A DNA stretch of 64,000 nt from Elsinoe ampelina (lineage: Eukaryota). A model generated the notes under the pieces. The model saw nothing but the letters and a program-made list of their open reading frames with translations, did not search any database and was not told the DNA's origin. The stretch spans positions 62,001 through 126,000 of the forward strand of contig ML992505.1 of the NCBI GenBank assembly GCA_010093995.1. The letters run 5' to 3'. Below, one piece after another: positions 60,082 through 64,000 of this stretch; within the stretch, counting starts at the first letter, position 1, and each line of letters begins with the position of its first letter. The translations under genes were made by a program, and so were the position numbers.

Positions 60082-62316
60082 TTACATCCTGCAAATTGTC
60101 AGTCACTGCTCAGACCAAGAATCGCATCTGCCGTACCTGTCCACTGGGCTCAAACCCAACACCCTCATGCCATTGTTCAGAACCTGCCTGGCACATTCAT
60201 ACAGTGCACCTCTTGCCTTCCTCACTTCTGGCTCCGCCCTGACCACGTTTAGCACCTCATAACTACTGCTCAGCAAATGTGTCATCTTGAAGAGATACGT
60301 CAAGACTGTCACCGGTTCTTGCGTCTTGATCGTGTTGAGGAACACGTCCGGCCACTGCGCCAGACTCCTAACCACGTCTACCGCGTGCTTCTCGCTCAGC
60401 AGGGTCCAGTCCGCACTCTCCAGATCCTCACGCTTGAGCTCCGCCTTCCTGGCGATCGAGCAGAGACGGGCATGAGCATATTGCAAGTATGGCCCAGTAT
60501 CGCCCTCGAAACTCGTCATGCGGTTCAAGTCAAACTCGTAATTGTTGATACGCTTGCCAGACATGTCTTGCACCATGACGGCCGAGATACCCAGCGTGTC
60601 CGCCGTCTGGACCGGATCGTCAACCTGTTCGTACTTGCCCTCGTTGCTGCGCATCACGTCGTGCATCTTCTCTGCCACGTCGCGGAGAATGTCGTCCAAG
60701 AATTTGGCCGTGCCCTTGCGTGTTGACATGCCGAGCACCATGCCGAAGTTGATGTGTTGGCAGCGTTTAGCCACTTCGGCGTACTCATCACCCATGATTT
60801 CGAGGATCTTGAAGAGTTGTGCCAGGTGTAAGTCTTGTTGCGAAGCAACCACATAGATCATGCGGTCGAAGTTGTACTTGTCCAGCCTCTCCCTCGCAGC
60901 TCCAATATCACGAGTAAGATAGAGTGAAGTGCCGTCCTTCTTCCTGACCAGCGCCTTGCCCAGCTTCTTTGCGTACTTTGTAAGATCAACGATGATGGCT
61001 CCCTCCGAGTCGGAACTGACTCCCTTATCCGACATGGTCTTGGCCGCCGCCTCCATGCTCTCTTCTTTGACCTGCGACTCTCCGCTGTAGTCGTCGAAGC
61101 GGATGTTGAGACGAGCATACGTCTGCTTATACTTGACGATCGACAAGTCGCGGAAGCGGCGCCAAATCCCCACTGCCTGCTCATCACCGTCTACCATACG
61201 CTTGAAGTAGCGACGAGCCTGCTCGTCTATGCTTTCGGATTGGAGGCGCTCAATCTCGGCCTGCTTGGACGGGACTTCCTCTTCCTTTCCATTTGCTTGC
61301 AGAGCCTTGACCTCTTCTTGCACCGCCTTGATCTTCTCATTCTGCTCACTTCCGACAGCATTGATCTTGACGTAGACGTCGTACAGGTGTCCAATGGGGT
61401 TCTCTGCCAGCTTTTCTTCCGATCCGAACCTGTCGAAACCCACAGCCAACATGCCGTATTGCTTTCCCCAGTCACCGAGGTAGTTCATCCTGATCACGTC
61501 CCATCCTGCTCCCTCATATAGGTTAGCCAGGAACCCTCCAATGATCGTGCTTCGCAAGTGACCGGCGTGGAAAGGCTTTGCGATATTCGGCGAGGAGAAC
61601 TCCACAATCATGCGCTGCCTCCCTTTTGAGGCGTCTGAGGGATCTTTGAGGCCGAGCTTCGGATTGAACCCGTACGTGCTTTGTGTCTTGAGGATCGTGG
61701 GTAGGACTAACTTGGTGATCGCGAGGGGTTGGAAAGAGAAGGAGACAAGGGTGCCTTTGTCTACTCGGGGAGGCTGCACCAAAGGTGATTCGGGGAACTA
61801 GACAGGTCAGGAGACTGATTGATGCGATTAAGCATGCTTACCCACCTTCTCGACTATGAGCTTTGCTGTCTCATCCGGCTTCTTGCCCTTGATTCGCAAA
61901 GCCGGTACTGGGAGTAGGAGATCTCCATGATCCAATGTCTGGGGCCATTGTATCGCGTTGACAATGATTTTCGGATCTGCGCCAGTGATTGGTTGTAGGA
62001 GTTCTGCGATGTGTGCACGGAAGATGTCGATCTGGTTGTAGGTTGGGTACGACTTGCTCTCGGGTATTTGAGGCACCTTGTCCAGTCCTAGACCGGAGAG
62101 TGTGGTAGTGATCTCTTCAATGCTCTGCCCGGACGAAGATTGTACGCCGTTGAGCGCCATGCTGTGTAATCGCTGTATTTGCTGTGAGAGTGGAGTGGTT
62201 GTAGATTTTATGGACCTTGTGCCGCAGCAGTGACTCAAGCTCGAAAGACGTCGAGAACAGTCATACAGTCGTCGTATCGTTCGCTCACGGACTACTGCTC
62301 GAAATACCGACTGCAT
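60082..62316 (-). CDS. RRS1: Arginyl-tRNA synthetase; exons 62316(or 62160)-61846, 61797-60137 and 60088-60082
   Basis: VEFSSPNIAKPFHAGHLRSTIIG (HIGH-type motif), NYLGDWG, GMSTRKG and GPYLQYAHARL; splicing the last intron gives the VDRM terminus. Confidence 0.95.
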
Positions 62317-62636
62317 CCACCGGACCGTGGAATGGCTTTTTGAGCGCGTTGAATGATTTGGATGTATATTACGCTCAAAGACAACTTGAACAATCTTTGA
62401 ATGATTCACGTTCACAGAAAATATACAGGGTCTAGAGAAAAATTCTTGGCATGAGGAGGGGTCATCACTACTACTCTTGTTCACAGCAGCTATCTTCATT
62501 ACCGATCCAACGACTAGTCCAGGTCTGGTTGCCTGTGTCTCTTTCATATTGTCCCCTACCTCATCGCCAGATCAAGTCGTATACCCATCCACGCCGGCGC
62601 TATGCAACAAATGTAGCATTCATATCATGTTTCGAG

Positions 62637-64000
62637 TCATACCTTCGATGACCACCCCAGCTTCTCCCTATTATCGTCACAGAGCCGGGCATACTCCAAA
62701 AGTAGGCGGAAGACGTAGATGACCATGTCTTCCCTCCTCAGCACCTTCTCAGCCCAATTCTTGCCGTCGGTGGCGATAGCTTTGGCAGCCTCGTCTCGTC
62801 CACGGAGTTTGTCCGTCCCCATAAAGTACTCGAGGATACCGTATATGTCAATGAAGGTGTTATCCATGGGCACGAAGTGCACCCAAGGAATGATCCGTGT
62901 ATCATGCCACTCGTCGTATATAGTGGCCTTGATTGGCAGGGAAGTCGAGCCCAGGAAGCCCCTATACCGACCAGAAAAGGAGTTGCCATCGATGTCAGGT
63001 AAATATTTGTAGTCGTATTGCTCTGCCATTGGTTTGGCTGGTTCCACCTTGTACCAAGGATCGGTGTATCTGCAGAAAGGCGGCGTTGGATCTGGGAAAC
63101 AGAGCAAATGCACAAAGGCCGTGTCCGCTACGTCCTTGAGCCAAGGTCCGAGGCCCTGACTCTTTGGCGCGGACAGTTGGTAGGCATCGGCGTCAGGAAG
63201 GACAAAGTTGGGTGCGATGATGTCCTTCTTGTCCACCTTCTCGACCGTCGTGCTGTTCATCATTGCCACGAAGCGATGTCGCTGGAACCGGGTCCAATTT
63301 TCCTCCTTGTTGCGCCCACCGGACGCCGCTCCTCGCCAGATAACCTTGCTCTGCTTGTCCGACCACGAGCCACCATGACCCGCTCCGCCAGAGTAGAAGG
63401 GGTCGTCTGTCCAGTACATCGCGGCCGGAAGAAGGATCTCATTGTTCATGGGAAGCTTTGATCCACCAAACATGGGTAGAAGCTTGCTGCTTGTGGAGAT
63501 GGAAATGGGTTCCACGAATGTACCATGTAGACCTTGCAAATTAGGGTGATCACACGGCGATTTAGTGTATGTCCAGTTCTTGACATATCCCTCGTAGCTT
63601 TGCTCTGGCCTGTTCGATGACAAGGGTGGAAGAGACCGATAATCCGTGGTCGGAACGTATCCGCTTCTCGCTGCAGAGTCGGGGTGACAGCCACGGACTG
63701 CTAGATCCCAGTATGGTCCTGATCCTACAAGCGCCCAATCAATCGGCGGGACTGCTTCTCCATCTGGTATGACAGTCGTGGAATAATTCCGAATCATCTC
63801 CCCGGCAGGCTGTATGCGACGACTCTTTCCTTCGACTTCCATGTAACCTTTGATATCCTCCCAGGGTACCACTATACGAGATTCGTCCATCTCGTTTATG
63901 GCGATGTCCATATCCGGCAGATGCTCCATGACCTGACTGATCTCATGTGCCCACAGATGCATCCATGGACGGTTCTCATCATTGCGCTTGGTGACGTTGC
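62637..64000 (-). CDS. CAP10-like glycosyltransferase family 90 protein; 5' end lies outside the window
   Basis: LPDMDIAINEMDE, WRGAASGG, YKYLPDIDGNSFSGR, EWHD..PWVHFVP and LRREDM..Y.FRLLLEYAR. Confidence 0.9.
   Translation of the reverse strand, partial: NVTKRNDENRPWMHLWAHEISQVMEHLPDMDIAINEMDESRIVVPWEDIKGYMEVEGKSRRIQPAGEMIRNYSTTVIPDGEAVPPIDWALVGSGPYWDLAVRGCHPDSAARSGYVPTTDYRSLPPLSSNRPEQSYEGYVKNWTYTKSPCDHPNLQGLHGTFVEPISISTSSKLLPMFGGSKLPMNNEILLPAAMYWTDDPFYSGGAGHGGSWSDKQSKVIWRGAASGGRNKEENWTRFQRHRFVAMMNSTTVEKVDKKDIIAPNFVLPDADAYQLSAPKSQGLGPWLKDVADTAFVHLLCFPDPTPPFCRYTDPWYKVEPAKPMAEQYDYKYLPDIDGNSFSGRYRGFLGSTSLPIKATIYDEWHDTRIIPWVHFVPMDNTFIDIYGILEYFMGTDKLRGRDEAAKAIATDGKNWAEKVLRREDMVIYVFRLLLEYARLCDDNREKLGWSSKV

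Overview
Eukaryotic DNA from a filamentous ascomycete (Pezizomycotina). This is inferred from short GT-AG introns, mostly ~50 nt with CTRAC-type branch sites, fungal-type proteins and a region heavily mutated by RIP (repeat-induced point mutation). The window holds about 24 protein genes, mostly housekeeping: an ADC-lyase-like PLP enzyme, an alpha/beta hydrolase, a DDX60/Ski2-like helicase, a GNAT, HIUase, a DHA1 MFS transporter, an M43 protease, CCDC47/DUF1682, an alpha-carbonic anhydrase, a histidine phosphatase, a TBC Rab-GAP, MCCase alpha, a GST, ArgRS and a CAP10/GT90 protein. There is also a 5.2-kb RIP-destroyed TIR element and an accessory-looking island at about 48.6-53.3 kb. Best leads: (1) a head-to-head pair of a putative PD-(D/E)XK nuclease and a divergent casein kinase 1 that share a 266-bp spacer with a perfect inverted repeat, a candidate toxin-antidote or selfish module; (2) two introns that restore conserved protein motifs only with non-canonical ends (AT..AA and CT..AG); (3) two consecutive in-frame TGA-CTA readthrough signals; (4) a helically phased, iteron-like motif array whose left edge resembles the TIR element terminus. 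All family calls come from motif recognition by eye; no database searches were run.
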